Shown here: piece by piece, positions 8,583-18,962 of the stretch
Position numbering within the stretch: the first letter of the stretch is position 1
Layout: each line of letters begins with the position of its first letter
NCBI GenBank assembly: GCA_037134915.1
Contig: JBAXLJ010000003.1
Span: 81,084-145,083 of the forward strand
Reading direction: 5' to 3'
Source: Candidatus Falkowbacteria bacterium
Lineage (GTDB): Bacteria; Patescibacteriota; Patescibacteriia; Patescibacteriales; UBA12465
DNA: 64,000 nt
The notes under the pieces: generated by a model
Database searches by the model: none
What the model was told of the DNA's origin: nothing
The model's input: the letters and a program-made list of their open reading frames with translations, nothing else
Translations under genes and position numbers: made by a program

Positions 8583-8714
8583 ATGGAAGCAAAGGACGGT
8601 TTCTTTTGGGACACGGTTTTAGTAACAGTTCCTCAAGAAAAACAGGAAGAAAAAAAAGAAGAAAAAGTCGACACAAAGTCGCCGAAGATTTACGACAGCA
8701 GCCATTATTTATAA
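8583..8714 (+). CDS. Candidate 43-aa small ORF (or noncoding sRNA) lying between the orphan promoter and the terminator
   Basis: ATG at 8583 to TAA at 8712-8714. It translates to MEAKDGFFWDTVLVTVPQEKQEEKKEEKVDTKSPKIYDSSHYL. It lies 27 nt downstream of the -10 and ends 22 nt before the terminator hairpin. No clear SD is present. The coding status is uncertain. Confidence 0.2.
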   Translation: MEAKDGFFWDTVLVTVPQEKQEEKKEEKVDTKSPKIYDSSHYL

Positions 8715-8735
8715 TTGGCTTCGTACCATAAAAAA

Positions 8736-8770
8736 AGACCCAAGCAAATTGGGTCTTTCTTTTTATATTT
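8736..8770. terminator. Bidirectional intrinsic terminator (rlmN 3' end on minus; orphan transcript on plus)
   Basis: Perfect hairpin gacccaa / ttgggtc (8737-8743 and 8749-8755) with a 5-nt loop. It is flanked by aaaaaaa upstream and tttctttttatattttttt downstream. Confidence 0.55.
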
Positions 8771-9803
8771 TTTTCTTATAGTTTTTTTTAGCGGCTAACT
8801 GTCCGCAAGCGGCGTCGATACTGCTGCCATAGGAATGACGCGTGGTTACATTAACTTCGGCGTCACTTAAAATCTTTTTAAATTTAGCGACTCTCTCTTC
8901 GGTTGAGGCTTGGAAACGACCAGTAGGATTATAAGGAATTAAATTAACCATATACAGCGGCTTAGTCATTAGAGCTGCCAGTAATTTAGCGTCATTATCA
9001 CTATCATTAATATCTTTAATCATTAAATATTCAAACATCACTTTGCGTCCAGTTTTTCTAATATATTCATCGACAGCGGGCATTAATTTTTCCAGTGGAT
9101 ACTTGTTGGCAATCGGCATATAGCGGCGACGGGATAAATCGGTGGCAAAATGCAAGGAGACCGCTAAGTTAAGCTGTAATTTCTCACCGCCAATTTTAAT
9201 AATCCCTTCTGTTACCCCAGCAGTCGAAATCGATAAGCGACGGGATCCAAAATTAAAAGATTCCGGATCATTTAACCATTTTAGGGCTTTAATTACTTCC
9301 GGATAATTTAAAAAGGGCTCACCCATGCCCATAAAGACAATGTTATCTACTTTAGCGGCGCCACCCTCTTTTTTAAGCAAACGCATAAAAAACAAAACTT
9401 GCTCCACTATCTCATGAGCCATTAAGTTTCTGGTAAAACCCATTTGACCGGTAGCACAAAAAGCACAGGCGAGCGGGCAACCGACCTGAGAAGATACGCA
9501 GACAGTATTGCGGTTCCCCTTTTGACGAATTAAAACGGTTTCGATTTGAGCGCCGTCTTCTAAAGTTATTAGAGCTTTTTGAGTGGATTCTTTAGTTTCT
9601 GTTTTAGATAGTTCAGCGTTTATTAAAAGCGGACATTCTTGATTTAGTTTTTCCCGTAAAACCCGAGGTAAAACCGAAGCCTGTTCCCAATCTTCAATTA
9701 AATCAGTAAAAACCGCCTGGTCCAGTTGCTGGTGGCGAAATTTAGGTTCATTAATAATTACTTGGTGTAAATTAGATAAATTCATAGGTGAAGAGCCTAA
9801 CAC
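8763..9803 (-). CDS. rlmN: Radical SAM 23S rRNA/tRNA adenine C2-methyltransferase RlmN
   Basis: CPLACAFCATG is the CxxxCxxC radical-SAM cluster. GMGEPFLN is present. The conserved C-terminal Cys is in DAACGQL. At 346 aa it is typical length. Confidence 0.85.
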   Translation of the reverse strand: MLGSSPMNLSNLHQVIINEPKFRHQQLDQAVFTDLIEDWEQASVLPRVLREKLNQECPLLINAELSKTETKESTQKALITLEDGAQIETVLIRQKGNRNTVCVSSQVGCPLACAFCATGQMGFTRNLMAHEIVEQVLFFMRLLKKEGGAAKVDNIVFMGMGEPFLNYPEVIKALKWLNDPESFNFGSRRLSISTAGVTEGIIKIGGEKLQLNLAVSLHFATDLSRRRYMPIANKYPLEKLMPAVDEYIRKTGRKVMFEYLMIKDINDSDNDAKLLAALMTKPLYMVNLIPYNPTGRFQASTEERVAKFKKILSDAEVNVTTRHSYGSSIDAACGQLAAKKNYKKKI

Positions 9804-9806
9804 GGA

Positions 9807-10910
9807 TTACTTTTTTCGTAAAGTGAGCACAACTATTTCCGAATTACTACCGCTTCGCATGGGTGGCCCCCAAGTCCCGACTCCAGCGGTCACTGATAAG
9901 GTGTAATCGTGGCGACGGTAGATTCCGTGACTATGATTATGATAAAAATAACGAGCTAAAAAATTAAACGGAAACATTTGTCCACCATGAGTGTGACCAG
10001 AGAGTTGCAGATCAATACCTACCCCTTCAGATTTAACCGTTTCTTTAGGTTCATGAAATAATAGAATTGACGGCTTAACGGCTGAATAACCAGTGTGAGC
10101 TAAGACAGCTCTTTTTAAATCAAAATTGCGATCAGGAGTAAAATCTAAACCAATAATCTGCAATCCTTCCCTTTCTACCATGCGGTTGCTTAGCACCGTT
10201 ATATTTTGCCCCTCAAGCAGACCCATTACCCTTTCCGCTCCTAGAATAAAATCATGATTACCCATCGAATAGTACAAACCTAAAGGGGCATTTAAATCAT
10301 TAAGAGGAGCTGTAACCCAAGAAAAATCAGACTCCGCGCCATCAAATAAATCACCAGTGATAAAAACGGCATCCGGATTAAGTTCCTTGACTTGTTTAAT
10401 TACTCGATGAAAAAAATCTTCCCGCAAAATCGGCCCCAAATGAATATCGGAAATATGAATAATTCTTTTATGTTCCCAAGTTGGCGGTAAATTCTTAATC
10501 CCCACTACGTATTTTTTTATTTTAATCTTATAAGCATTGTAAAAACTTCTAAGGGTTAAAAATATTGTACCCATTAGCAGTAAAGACCTAAAAATCCAAG
10601 CTGGCAACTCTACTCCAAAAATCTTAAACCCCCAAAAAACTAAACTAGATGCAATCGAAGCTAAACCGAAACTCAAAAGAATACCCATCCATGAAGCGGA
10701 AACTGTATAATAGATACGGCCCCACAAATTATCTCGTTTATGAACGAATACAAAAGAAAACAGCGTTGATAAAGCCAGGATGGCCACTAAAACAATCACG
10801 ATTAATTTGGCTAGCCAAGAATTTAAACCAAAAAAATGGATGATCAAATAACTAACCAAGGTATTGCCAGTCAAGAGAATAAATAAAGTAAGATAAAAAT
10901 ACATGTCCAT
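9807..10910 (-). CDS. Membrane-anchored calcineurin-like metallophosphoesterase
   Basis: Four N-terminal TM helices. Phosphoesterase motifs in order: ISDIHLG, GDLFDG, GNHD, GHTHGG. Confidence 0.75.
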   Translation of the reverse strand: MDMYFYLTLFILLTGNTLVSYLIIHFFGLNSWLAKLIVIVLVAILALSTLFSFVFVHKRDNLWGRIYYTVSASWMGILLSFGLASIASSLVFWGFKIFGVELPAWIFRSLLLMGTIFLTLRSFYNAYKIKIKKYVVGIKNLPPTWEHKRIIHISDIHLGPILREDFFHRVIKQVKELNPDAVFITGDLFDGAESDFSWVTAPLNDLNAPLGLYYSMGNHDFILGAERVMGLLEGQNITVLSNRMVEREGLQIIGLDFTPDRNFDLKRAVLAHTGYSAVKPSILLFHEPKETVKSEGVGIDLQLSGHTHGGQMFPFNFLARYFYHNHSHGIYRRHDYTLSVTAGVGTWGPPMRSGSNSEIVVLTLRKK

Positions 10911-10955
10911 ATGACGAAGAAATGAGCTGAAAAATCAGCTCATTTTTTAAACCTT

Positions 10956-12245
10956 TTATTTAGTCAGAAAAGGAAACTGAGCGTATTCCGACTTACCATC
11001 GAGTTCAGCCTCAATCGCCATTAATCTGTTGTATTTAGCCGTTCGCTCACTTCTTGCTGGGGCCCCCGTCTTAATTTGTCCGGTGCCCATCGCCACCACT
11101 AAATCAGCAATGAAGGCATCTTCAGTTTCTCCGCTGCGATGAGACACCACGGCGGTCATGTTATTTTTTCTAGCTTCATTAATCGCGGCCACCGTTTCTG
11201 TTAATGTACCGATCTGATTTAATTTTATTAAAATTGAATTGGTCGTTTTTTCAGTAATCCCCCGGGCTAAGCGCTTAACGTTGGTGACATATAAATCATC
11301 ACCCACAACTTGAACCTCGCGATTAAAAGCGTCTGTAAAATTCTTAAAGCCGGTCCAATCATCTTCAGCGAGCACATCTTCAAAAGATCTAATTGGATGA
11401 CGTTCGGCTAAATCTTTGTAAAAAGCAATCAATTCATCGCTGCTTAAGATCTTATTTTCTTTCTTTAAATGATAGGCGCCATCAGTGAAAAATTCAGTCG
11501 CAGCGGAATCAATGCCAAAAACAATGTCTTCGCCTAAAGTATAGCCGGCAGCTACCACCGCCTCGGACAACAAATGAAAAGTTTCTTCATTAGATTTTAC
11601 AGCTGGAGCAAAGCCACCTTCATCGCCGACAGTGATACCATAACCCTTATCTTTCAAAACTTTTTTAAGGGTTTGATAAATTTCAGCACACATTCTAACG
11701 GCACCAGTAATCGATTTAGCACCAACCGGCAAAATCATATACTCCTGAATATCGGTGGCCCAATTAGCGTGCTTGCCGCCGTTTAAAACATTCATCATTG
11801 GCACTGGCATTTGATAAGTACCGTTAAATTCTGGATTAAATTTGGAAAGATATTGGTATAGGGGTTGACTTAAACCAGCCGCTGCTGCCCGAGCGACCGC
11901 CAAGGAAACACCCAAGATAGCATTAGCGCCTAAGACTGCCTTATTCTCCGTACCATCTAACGCAATCATCACTTCATCAATCGCTAATTGATCCGTTGCC
12001 TCAAGTCCAATCAAAGCGGGGGCGATTTTAGTTTCGATATTTAAAATTGCTTGGGCGACGCCATTACCACCATAAACCCCCTTATCGCCATCACGAAGCT
12101 CAACTGCTTCATAGCTGCCAGTAGAAGCGCCGCTTGGCACCGCCGCCCAGCCAGAAACACCATTATCTAAAGTAACAGTAGCTGATAAAGTCGGAGTACC
12201 CCGAGAATCCAGAATCTGTAAGGCTTTAATAGTTTTTATTTTCAT
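10956..12245 (-). CDS. eno: Enolase (phosphopyruvate hydratase)
   Basis: N-terminus ILDSRGTPT. SHRSGETED is present. At 429 aa it is the canonical enolase fold. Confidence 0.95.
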   Translation of the reverse strand: MKIKTIKALQILDSRGTPTLSATVTLDNGVSGWAAVPSGASTGSYEAVELRDGDKGVYGGNGVAQAILNIETKIAPALIGLEATDQLAIDEVMIALDGTENKAVLGANAILGVSLAVARAAAAGLSQPLYQYLSKFNPEFNGTYQMPVPMMNVLNGGKHANWATDIQEYMILPVGAKSITGAVRMCAEIYQTLKKVLKDKGYGITVGDEGGFAPAVKSNEETFHLLSEAVVAAGYTLGEDIVFGIDSAATEFFTDGAYHLKKENKILSSDELIAFYKDLAERHPIRSFEDVLAEDDWTGFKNFTDAFNREVQVVGDDLYVTNVKRLARGITEKTTNSILIKLNQIGTLTETVAAINEARKNNMTAVVSHRSGETEDAFIADLVVAMGTGQIKTGAPARSERTAKYNRLMAIEAELDGKSEYAQFPFLTK

Positions 12246-12294
12246 AATTTTATTTAATTAGTATTACGTTTAGAATTTATTTTTCTTCAAAACA

Positions 12295-13323
12295 TTAGTC
12301 AGTGATATAGGTCTTATAAATATTTTCTTCCGTACAAGCAATAACTTTTTTAAGCAGTTTAACTGCCTCTAAAGAGTAGTCGCCCACTGTTGTTTCATCA
12401 GATAGCATCACCATATCCGCTCCGTCAAAAACCGCATTGGCAATATCACTCACTTCGGCTCTTGTCGGATGAGGATTTTTAATCATGGAAGTCATAACTT
12501 GGGTGGCTAAGATAGTCGGCTTATTATGCCAGTGAGAGTGTCTGATTAAATTCTTCTGAATGATCGGCAGTTCTTCGATCGGAACCTCGATACCTAAATC
12601 ACCACGAGCCACCATAATAACATCCGAAGCCATGATAATTTTATCAATATTTTTTAAAGCAATCCCCCGCTCAATTTTAGAAATTATTTTAACCTTACTC
12701 TTCTTGCCGAGTAGAGTTCGAAGACGAGTGACGTCAGCAGCTGTTTGAACAAAAGATAGAGCCACGTAATCCATGCCCGCCTTTAAACCAAATTTTAAAT
12801 CCTTAATATCTTTAGACGTGAGTCCGCCTTTTTGCATATTAGTATCAGGAACATTAATCCCTTTATTGGAGCTTAGGACACCGCCGTTAATTACTTTAGC
12901 GGTAATAATTTTATTCTTCACTTCACTAACCATCAGCTCAATCGCGCCATTACATAGAAATAAAGGATGATTCTTTTTTATATCCTTATATAAGTCATTG
13001 TTATCAATCGGGATAATACCGCCTTTTTTGTAAGGTAATTTTGAATAGGTAAATTGATAAATTTCGTCAACGTGCAAAGTAATTCCACCCTCGGGAAATT
13101 TACCAACTCTGATTCTAGGACCCTGAAGATCTAACATCAGCGAGACTTTACGCTCGCTCGTTTTATTAAAATCATCAATTATTTTTTTAATTCTCTTATA
13201 TTGATCATAGGTCGCATGAGAAAAATTAACTCGTACCATGTCAACACCATTTTTCATGAGAGCGGTTAACGCTTCGTCTGACTCTGATTTAGGGCCAACA
13301 GTGGCCACGATTTTTGTGTTCAT
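12295..13323 (-). CDS. pyk: Pyruvate kinase, short form lacking the C-terminal regulatory domain
   Basis: IVATVGP, NFSHA, KIISKIE and MVARGDLGIE motifs are present. At 342 aa it ends after the catalytic barrel. Confidence 0.8.
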   Translation of the reverse strand: MNTKIVATVGPKSESDEALTALMKNGVDMVRVNFSHATYDQYKRIKKIIDDFNKTSERKVSLMLDLQGPRIRVGKFPEGGITLHVDEIYQFTYSKLPYKKGGIIPIDNNDLYKDIKKNHPLFLCNGAIELMVSEVKNKIITAKVINGGVLSSNKGINVPDTNMQKGGLTSKDIKDLKFGLKAGMDYVALSFVQTAADVTRLRTLLGKKSKVKIISKIERGIALKNIDKIIMASDVIMVARGDLGIEVPIEELPIIQKNLIRHSHWHNKPTILATQVMTSMIKNPHPTRAEVSDIANAVFDGADMVMLSDETTVGDYSLEAVKLLKKVIACTEENIYKTYITD

Positions 13324-13389
13324 AATTATATCTTAAAAAATAAATAAGCAGCTTATAGTATAAAGGAAATATCCAGTTTTGCCAAGATT

Positions 13390-14541
13390 TTACTTAATTT
13401 TTTTTAAACTCTCCATTAAATCAGCAAAAAACTCTAAATTATTAAGACTGGCTAATTTTTGCCCTAGAGGCTCATTAACCTTAAATAAATGATGCAAGTA
13501 GGCCTTAGTGTGGTTTCTTAGTTCCGGAATCTTACTTTTAGCGTTAATCGGGGAAAAATCAGCCGTGAATTCAGCGTTGCTAATATTTAAAGTCGTGTAA
13601 AATTCCGGGGCTTCGGTAATTGGCTGATTTAAATCTTTTGGTTTTTTAAAACCTTTGAATTTTGGGGTAAAATTAAATAGCCGACCATGGCGGCCTTCGC
13701 GAGTCGGAATCACACAATCAAACATATCCCAACCCATCATATAAGAACGGTAGATATCATCCGGCGTCCCCACCCCTAAAGCAAAACGAATCGCTTCTTG
13801 AGGTATATAAGAAGCTGTTTTAAACATCACTTCCGCTAAAAAATTACCGTCTTTATCAATCGGCCGAGCGCCGAAGCCGTAACCATCAAAACCAATTAGC
13901 GCCAGCTTTCGGGCACATTTTTCCCTTAAATCTAATTCCGCACCGCCCTGAACCACACAAAATAGCAGCGGTCGTTTAGCCCCTGAGAGTTTTCGAGTTT
14001 TGATTTGTTTTAAATATTCCAGTTTGCAACGCTTAGCCCAGTCAATTGTCCGATTAACCGCTCTTTCTAAATCAAGACGAGAAAATTCATTCGGTGGACA
14101 ATCATCTAAACAAACCATCATATCGACACCTAAATCAAATTGAATTTGAATCGAGCGCTCCGGAGTCAGCTCATGACGCGAACCATCAATGGGCGATTTA
14201 AAAATAACCCGATCATCATTAATAGAACCCATGTTTGAGCTGCGATGAATTAGAGAAAAAACTTGAAAACCACCGCTATCAGATAGCAGCGGGCGTGAGC
14301 AATCCATAAATTTATGAATGCCTTTGGTTTTTTTTATTAAATCTGGTCCGGGCTGCAAATACAAATGAAAGGTATTTACCACCATCGCTGGCGTTTTAGT
14401 GCTCTTTAACTCTTCCTCGGTTAGTAATTTGACAAAACCGCGAGTCGCGTCGGGCATAAAAAAGGGCGTAGCCAAATTTCCGTGAGCCGTCTTAATCTCA
14501 CCGCGACGTAGCCCGTTTTTGCTATCATCAATTTTAAACAT
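13390..14541 (-). CDS. tgt: Queuine/tRNA-guanine transglycosylase family protein
   Basis: TPFFMPDAT and LSDSGGFQVFSL are Tgt signature motifs. It is 383 aa. Confidence 0.8.
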   Translation of the reverse strand: MFKIDDSKNGLRRGEIKTAHGNLATPFFMPDATRGFVKLLTEEELKSTKTPAMVVNTFHLYLQPGPDLIKKTKGIHKFMDCSRPLLSDSGGFQVFSLIHRSSNMGSINDDRVIFKSPIDGSRHELTPERSIQIQFDLGVDMMVCLDDCPPNEFSRLDLERAVNRTIDWAKRCKLEYLKQIKTRKLSGAKRPLLFCVVQGGAELDLREKCARKLALIGFDGYGFGARPIDKDGNFLAEVMFKTASYIPQEAIRFALGVGTPDDIYRSYMMGWDMFDCVIPTREGRHGRLFNFTPKFKGFKKPKDLNQPITEAPEFYTTLNISNAEFTADFSPINAKSKIPELRNHTKAYLHHLFKVNEPLGQKLASLNNLEFFADLMESLKKIK

Positions 14542-14546
14542 AATGA

Positions 14547-16547
14547 TTATTGAACCAAACCTGAATTATTTAAATTAGCGATGTCGTCATCTTCCAATTT
14601 AGTGGTTTTTGAATTAGTGGTTTTATTAAGAGGCGACTTAGTGTCAGAATCAACGGCACTTACAGTTGACCCCGAAAGCAAGACTAGTAAACTATTACGT
14701 TGATTTTCTAAAGGCGTCAGACTGATATTGAAATCGGCTTTAGCCTGATAAACAGAAACTGGTAGAGAGCCGATATTCCAAATAACTGAATGACTGGCCT
14801 CATCAAAACTTAAGTTACCCACGGAAACATTACTCTTATTATCATAGGAAATATAATCCGGCAGCTTGGTAATAACTCTTACGTCTTGCAAGGCATGTAA
14901 ATTATTCTCCAGCGTCCAATAAACTTTTACGCTAGTCTTTTGGCCAACCTTGGGCGGCAGTGGTCCTGAACCAACCGGCGTATTATTTTCATCAAAATAT
15001 AAAACTTTTTCCTGAAGATTTAAGTCACTATTAATCTTGGTAATAATATTGTTACTCTTGCTATCACTCAAACCTCCTTGACGATTATTAACATTAAATT
15101 GGCCATAACTTTGAACCGTAAAACTCTTACCTAAATCACTGCTATTATAGGGTCGGATACCGATTGAGAAATCAATTGTGCCTTCTTCGCCAGGGGCTAA
15201 ATTAGCTAGATCAGGAATTTGTTCTTTGGTCCAAGTAATTGTATTTTCTCCTTGTTGCCCCTTCTTAACATCTTTAAGACTGGACCAATCTAAGAAATCT
15301 CCTTTAAGCACTGCCATAATAGCCACGTTGCTTAAGGGGCCGTCACTTTTATTAGCATAAGTTAAAGTATAATTCAAAGTATCAGAAAAATTAGCCGTAT
15401 TATCGTTTTTACTGCCGTTTAAAATCAAAGTCAAATTTAAATTACTGTTCATCACATTAAGGTCAATCGTTTTCTCGGCAAAAACATAGGACTTCCCATT
15501 ATCTAATTTTTTACTTAATCTGATGATAATTGTTTGATTATCATCAACCTTCTTTTTAACTTTGTAATAAACCGGTAAAATATAATTTTTATCACTCGGC
15601 GTTAGTCCATAAGACCGCCAAATCAAATCGCTAGTTTTGTCGGTGGCTAATTTTAGTTCTGAAGACGTCGCTAAAGCCGTCACGGTCGATGAGGCGTTAA
15701 CTGGCGTCGGAGCGTTAATTAGAATAATGTTTTCCGGAAACATAAATGAAACTTCAAAATCGTCCAGAAAGTTGCTCTTTACATTGGAAAAATTCAAATC
15801 AATCTCATTACTATCACCAACTAAAGCGGCGTTAGCATATTCAAAGTTCAAATCAAAACCTAAATCATTAACTAAAACTGAAGCGACAGCCTCCTTTTTA
15901 AATTCTGTAGAAAATTCGCCTGGTTGATAGCTTAAGTCAGCGCTAAGTAAATTAGCGGTGTCTTTCTTAGAAATTATTTTACCCTTAACCACCACATTAG
16001 CCTCTCCTCCAGGATTAAGAGATGGTAAAGAAAAATAATTTTCTACCGTGCCGGTTGAAGCCGGGACTAAGCCATCGCCCGTCACTTCACTGACAATAAA
16101 ATTATCAGGATATTTAAGTTCTAGCCGTAAAGCATTTAAACTGAGCTTGCTGCGGTTTTTATAATGAACTATATAGCTAAAATCTTCCCCGGCTTTTATT
16201 TGCTCCGGAGCACTAATAGCTAAATCAATTGAAGCTGAGTCCAAGGATTTATTAGAAAAATAGGAGTAGAAACCGTAGCCTAGAACTATTAAGACCGCCA
16301 AAACAAACAGCCTTTTAATCATGGCTACTAAAAAAGAACTTTTTTCATGATGCAAATGAGAAACGTCAACCATTTTACCTTTTTTATCCAGATAAATTTC
16401 GGACAAATTATCATCAATCTCTTCTTGACGAGCTTCTCGCTTAACTGCTCGTTCAAAAATCTCCACTTGTTTCTCGCTAGGCACCGGGCGCTGGATAAAG
16501 ATTGGCTTATTGCCCTTTTTAAGTTTGCGATTAGAATCAGAGATCAT
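14547..16547 (-). CDS. Hypothetical membrane-anchored large surface protein (Ig-like/CARDB-like repeats)
   Basis: One N-terminal TM helix (LFVLAVLIVLGYGFY). It is followed by about 550 aa rich in N/S/T beta strands with repeated GEE..V/EGT..F patterns. No catalytic motif was recognised. Confidence 0.4.
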   Translation of the reverse strand: MISDSNRKLKKGNKPIFIQRPVPSEKQVEIFERAVKREARQEEIDDNLSEIYLDKKGKMVDVSHLHHEKSSFLVAMIKRLFVLAVLIVLGYGFYSYFSNKSLDSASIDLAISAPEQIKAGEDFSYIVHYKNRSKLSLNALRLELKYPDNFIVSEVTGDGLVPASTGTVENYFSLPSLNPGGEANVVVKGKIISKKDTANLLSADLSYQPGEFSTEFKKEAVASVLVNDLGFDLNFEYANAALVGDSNEIDLNFSNVKSNFLDDFEVSFMFPENIILINAPTPVNASSTVTALATSSELKLATDKTSDLIWRSYGLTPSDKNYILPVYYKVKKKVDDNQTIIIRLSKKLDNGKSYVFAEKTIDLNVMNSNLNLTLILNGSKNDNTANFSDTLNYTLTYANKSDGPLSNVAIMAVLKGDFLDWSSLKDVKKGQQGENTITWTKEQIPDLANLAPGEEGTIDFSIGIRPYNSSDLGKSFTVQSYGQFNVNNRQGGLSDSKSNNIITKINSDLNLQEKVLYFDENNTPVGSGPLPPKVGQKTSVKVYWTLENNLHALQDVRVITKLPDYISYDNKSNVSVGNLSFDEASHSVIWNIGSLPVSVYQAKADFNISLTPLENQRNSLLVLLSGSTVSAVDSDTKSPLNKTTNSKTTKLEDDDIANLNNSGLVQ

Positions 16548-16559
16548 AAAATTAAAAAA

Positions 16560-18962
16560 TTATTTATTAGAAACCAAGGCCGAATAAAAGTTATCCCGAG
16601 TCAGTGGCAAACCAAGACTTAAGCTATTTAGATATTTATCATCGGAGTTCCAGACAATACTAGCTGAAGGTGGTAGGTTTAAGTTTGTTCTGAAGGTTTC
16701 GTTTTCAGCTCCCGGCTGTTTTTGCACCGACAATAAATAAGGATAAATATTTTGGCTTAAGGGATTTAAAAAATCATTTAAACGACTTAAGAAATCATTT
16801 TTTTTCTCCTTCTTCCACAGATTAAAAGGTAATTTGTAACGTAAGGCAACGGTCATGCTACTGCCAGGGTCAAGCATTAACCAGTTAGCAAAAACCGTTT
16901 TGCCATTCTCTTGATATATTTTAGTCCCACTATTTTTATCCACCGTCGCTAAATCTTCGGTCTGGGATAAAAATTCATTATTAATCCATGACGGATCAGG
17001 ACTCTCAAAATATTTAAGATCCGGGGACACAAAACCAGAAGCCGACAAAAGTTCGCTACCCTGAGGCACGTAGACCCTTAACCAATCAACATTGCGAACA
17101 CCGACGAGTGGCGTATTTTTAGCGGCTGTATGAGTCCTGGTAATAAGCACTGTGTCAATTATCGAACCATCGCTCGAAACTGTCACCTGATGATTAATTG
17201 ACTCTTTAATCACTCGATCGGTTTTAGCTCCAGCGATATTAGTGTTTACGACCATCAGATAATCCAGTGGCGAATCAGTCATCACGCCACCCCAATTATG
17301 GTCCGCGACATTTTTCTCTAATTTAGCATCTTTAAAATAAAACATTATCTGTTTTGAAGCTAAGCTATCCTCGGAAATATTTAGTAATTTAATTAAATTA
17401 TCTTTATCTAATTTCTTTGGCAGAATCTCTAAAATTTTTGACATCAAATCACCAATAATTTTTTTGGGTTTATTCTTTTCACCTTGAGGCAAATGACTCA
17501 CGGCTTCAGGATTACTTTTAGTCAAATTATCCCTTTCAGCTGTTAGCTCGACTTGCTGCCAAAAATTATCAGCGGTAATAACTAAACCATAATCTTTAGT
17601 CATATCAATCGGCCCGGTAATGACTAACAATTTTTCAATCACACTTGGAGTAAATGAAATCACCCCATCAACTGAAGGTCCATCGCTTTTTTCATAAAAC
17701 CACATTAAGTTTTTAGCAGTGGTGGGCCAATCTGGCCACCAATTAGCATCCCAGAAATGCCATTGCGGATTAACTAACCATAAAGGAGCTGGGGCTTTAA
17801 TTTTTTCTGTTAATCCCGCTTCAGTATCATATGATCCACCGCCCGGCACTTCTAAATTGCGGATTTTGCCCTCCCGAAAATCAACCAAAGCATAGCTGCC
17901 CAAGAAACCACCAGAGCCCCTCATTTCCGCATTGTTTTGAAAAACCAGCAAATATCTTTTATCGCGTCCGGCGCCTAAAAAAGTTTTAAGTTCGTCAATA
18001 TTATCAACTACCAGCGATAGATTTTCTGGTAATTTCTCCACCTTAGCCGACAGCTCTTTAAATTTATCTTGATATTCTGCTGGTAAATTATCAATATTAA
18101 TTTTTTGCAGCTCCATCTTCAGGTCAGTCGCATCAGTTAAGGCCAGATGACTATGAATCGAAAAATCGTCTAAAACTTTTATCCAATCACTATTTTGATT
18201 ATTATTTAAACCGGATAAAGCTTGTGACATTTCACTGCCCAAACTCGAACCTAAAATTCCGATTCTTAAAAATTTCTTGCTCTCGGCGGCTAATTTCAAT
18301 TTGGGGTCAGAAGACAAGGAGGCTAGAGATAAAAGCGTATCATTGATAAAAGACATGTCTTCGCTGGCTTGTAAAAAATCAGCCCCCGCGCTAGCAAAAT
18401 GATTCTGAGCTGAAAATAAATCAAATTTAGAAGCAGCATCACCAGCCGAACTTAAATCGGAAATAGCCGATTTAGAACTTAACATTATTTTTTTTTCTAA
18501 ACTAGTTAGGTTGAAAACTTGCAACGAGGCGATGATTTTAAAAGGAATGACCAGTAACAATAAAACTAAAAAAAAGGAAAATAAAGACCGATACCAACTA
18601 AATTGCCAAAAATCAGCCATGATTATTGGTTTTTTTGGCTGTCCCAAAAATTTTTGCCGTCTTACTTTTTTGAGTTTTTTTTCACCATCGGCTAGTAGCC
18701 GGTCAAATTTATAATGCTGATTTTGAAGCGTTTTCCAAATAACTTTTTCTAAAGTATAAATTGGCTTAACAATAACTCTTTCTTGGTTCTTAACCTTTTT
18801 TTTAATAATGACTATTTTTTGGCGCCATTCTTTTTTTATCTTCCTTTTTTGAGCTGAATAGAATTCAAAACCATCAAGACCATCCAAAAAATTAGGTGAT
18901 AAACCTATTTTTTGAAAATCATTATCCAAGTTATGATCGGATTTTTTATCTCTATTAAACAT
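16560..18962 (-). CDS. Hypothetical 800-aa membrane-anchored protein (possibly DUF4012-like)
   Basis: Single TM (LFSFFLVLLLLVIPF) after a basic N-terminus. There is a large extracytoplasmic domain. The call rests on weak motif recall plus its envelope-cluster context. Confidence 0.35.
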   Translation of the reverse strand: MFNRDKKSDHNLDNDFQKIGLSPNFLDGLDGFEFYSAQKRKIKKEWRQKIVIIKKKVKNQERVIVKPIYTLEKVIWKTLQNQHYKFDRLLADGEKKLKKVRRQKFLGQPKKPIIMADFWQFSWYRSLFSFFLVLLLLVIPFKIIASLQVFNLTSLEKKIMLSSKSAISDLSSAGDAASKFDLFSAQNHFASAGADFLQASEDMSFINDTLLSLASLSSDPKLKLAAESKKFLRIGILGSSLGSEMSQALSGLNNNQNSDWIKVLDDFSIHSHLALTDATDLKMELQKINIDNLPAEYQDKFKELSAKVEKLPENLSLVVDNIDELKTFLGAGRDKRYLLVFQNNAEMRGSGGFLGSYALVDFREGKIRNLEVPGGGSYDTEAGLTEKIKAPAPLWLVNPQWHFWDANWWPDWPTTAKNLMWFYEKSDGPSVDGVISFTPSVIEKLLVITGPIDMTKDYGLVITADNFWQQVELTAERDNLTKSNPEAVSHLPQGEKNKPKKIIGDLMSKILEILPKKLDKDNLIKLLNISEDSLASKQIMFYFKDAKLEKNVADHNWGGVMTDSPLDYLMVVNTNIAGAKTDRVIKESINHQVTVSSDGSIIDTVLITRTHTAAKNTPLVGVRNVDWLRVYVPQGSELLSASGFVSPDLKYFESPDPSWINNEFLSQTEDLATVDKNSGTKIYQENGKTVFANWLMLDPGSSMTVALRYKLPFNLWKKEKKNDFLSRLNDFLNPLSQNIYPYLLSVQKQPGAENETFRTNLNLPPSASIVWNSDDKYLNSLSLGLPLTRDNFYSALVSNK

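Noticed and set aside
12295-13323. Possible truncated or pseudogenised pyruvate kinase (342 aa)
   Set aside because: The ORF is intact through the catalytic domain and ends cleanly. Short Pyk forms lacking the C-terminal regulatory domain are consistent with a reduced genome. There are no frameshifts or internal stops.
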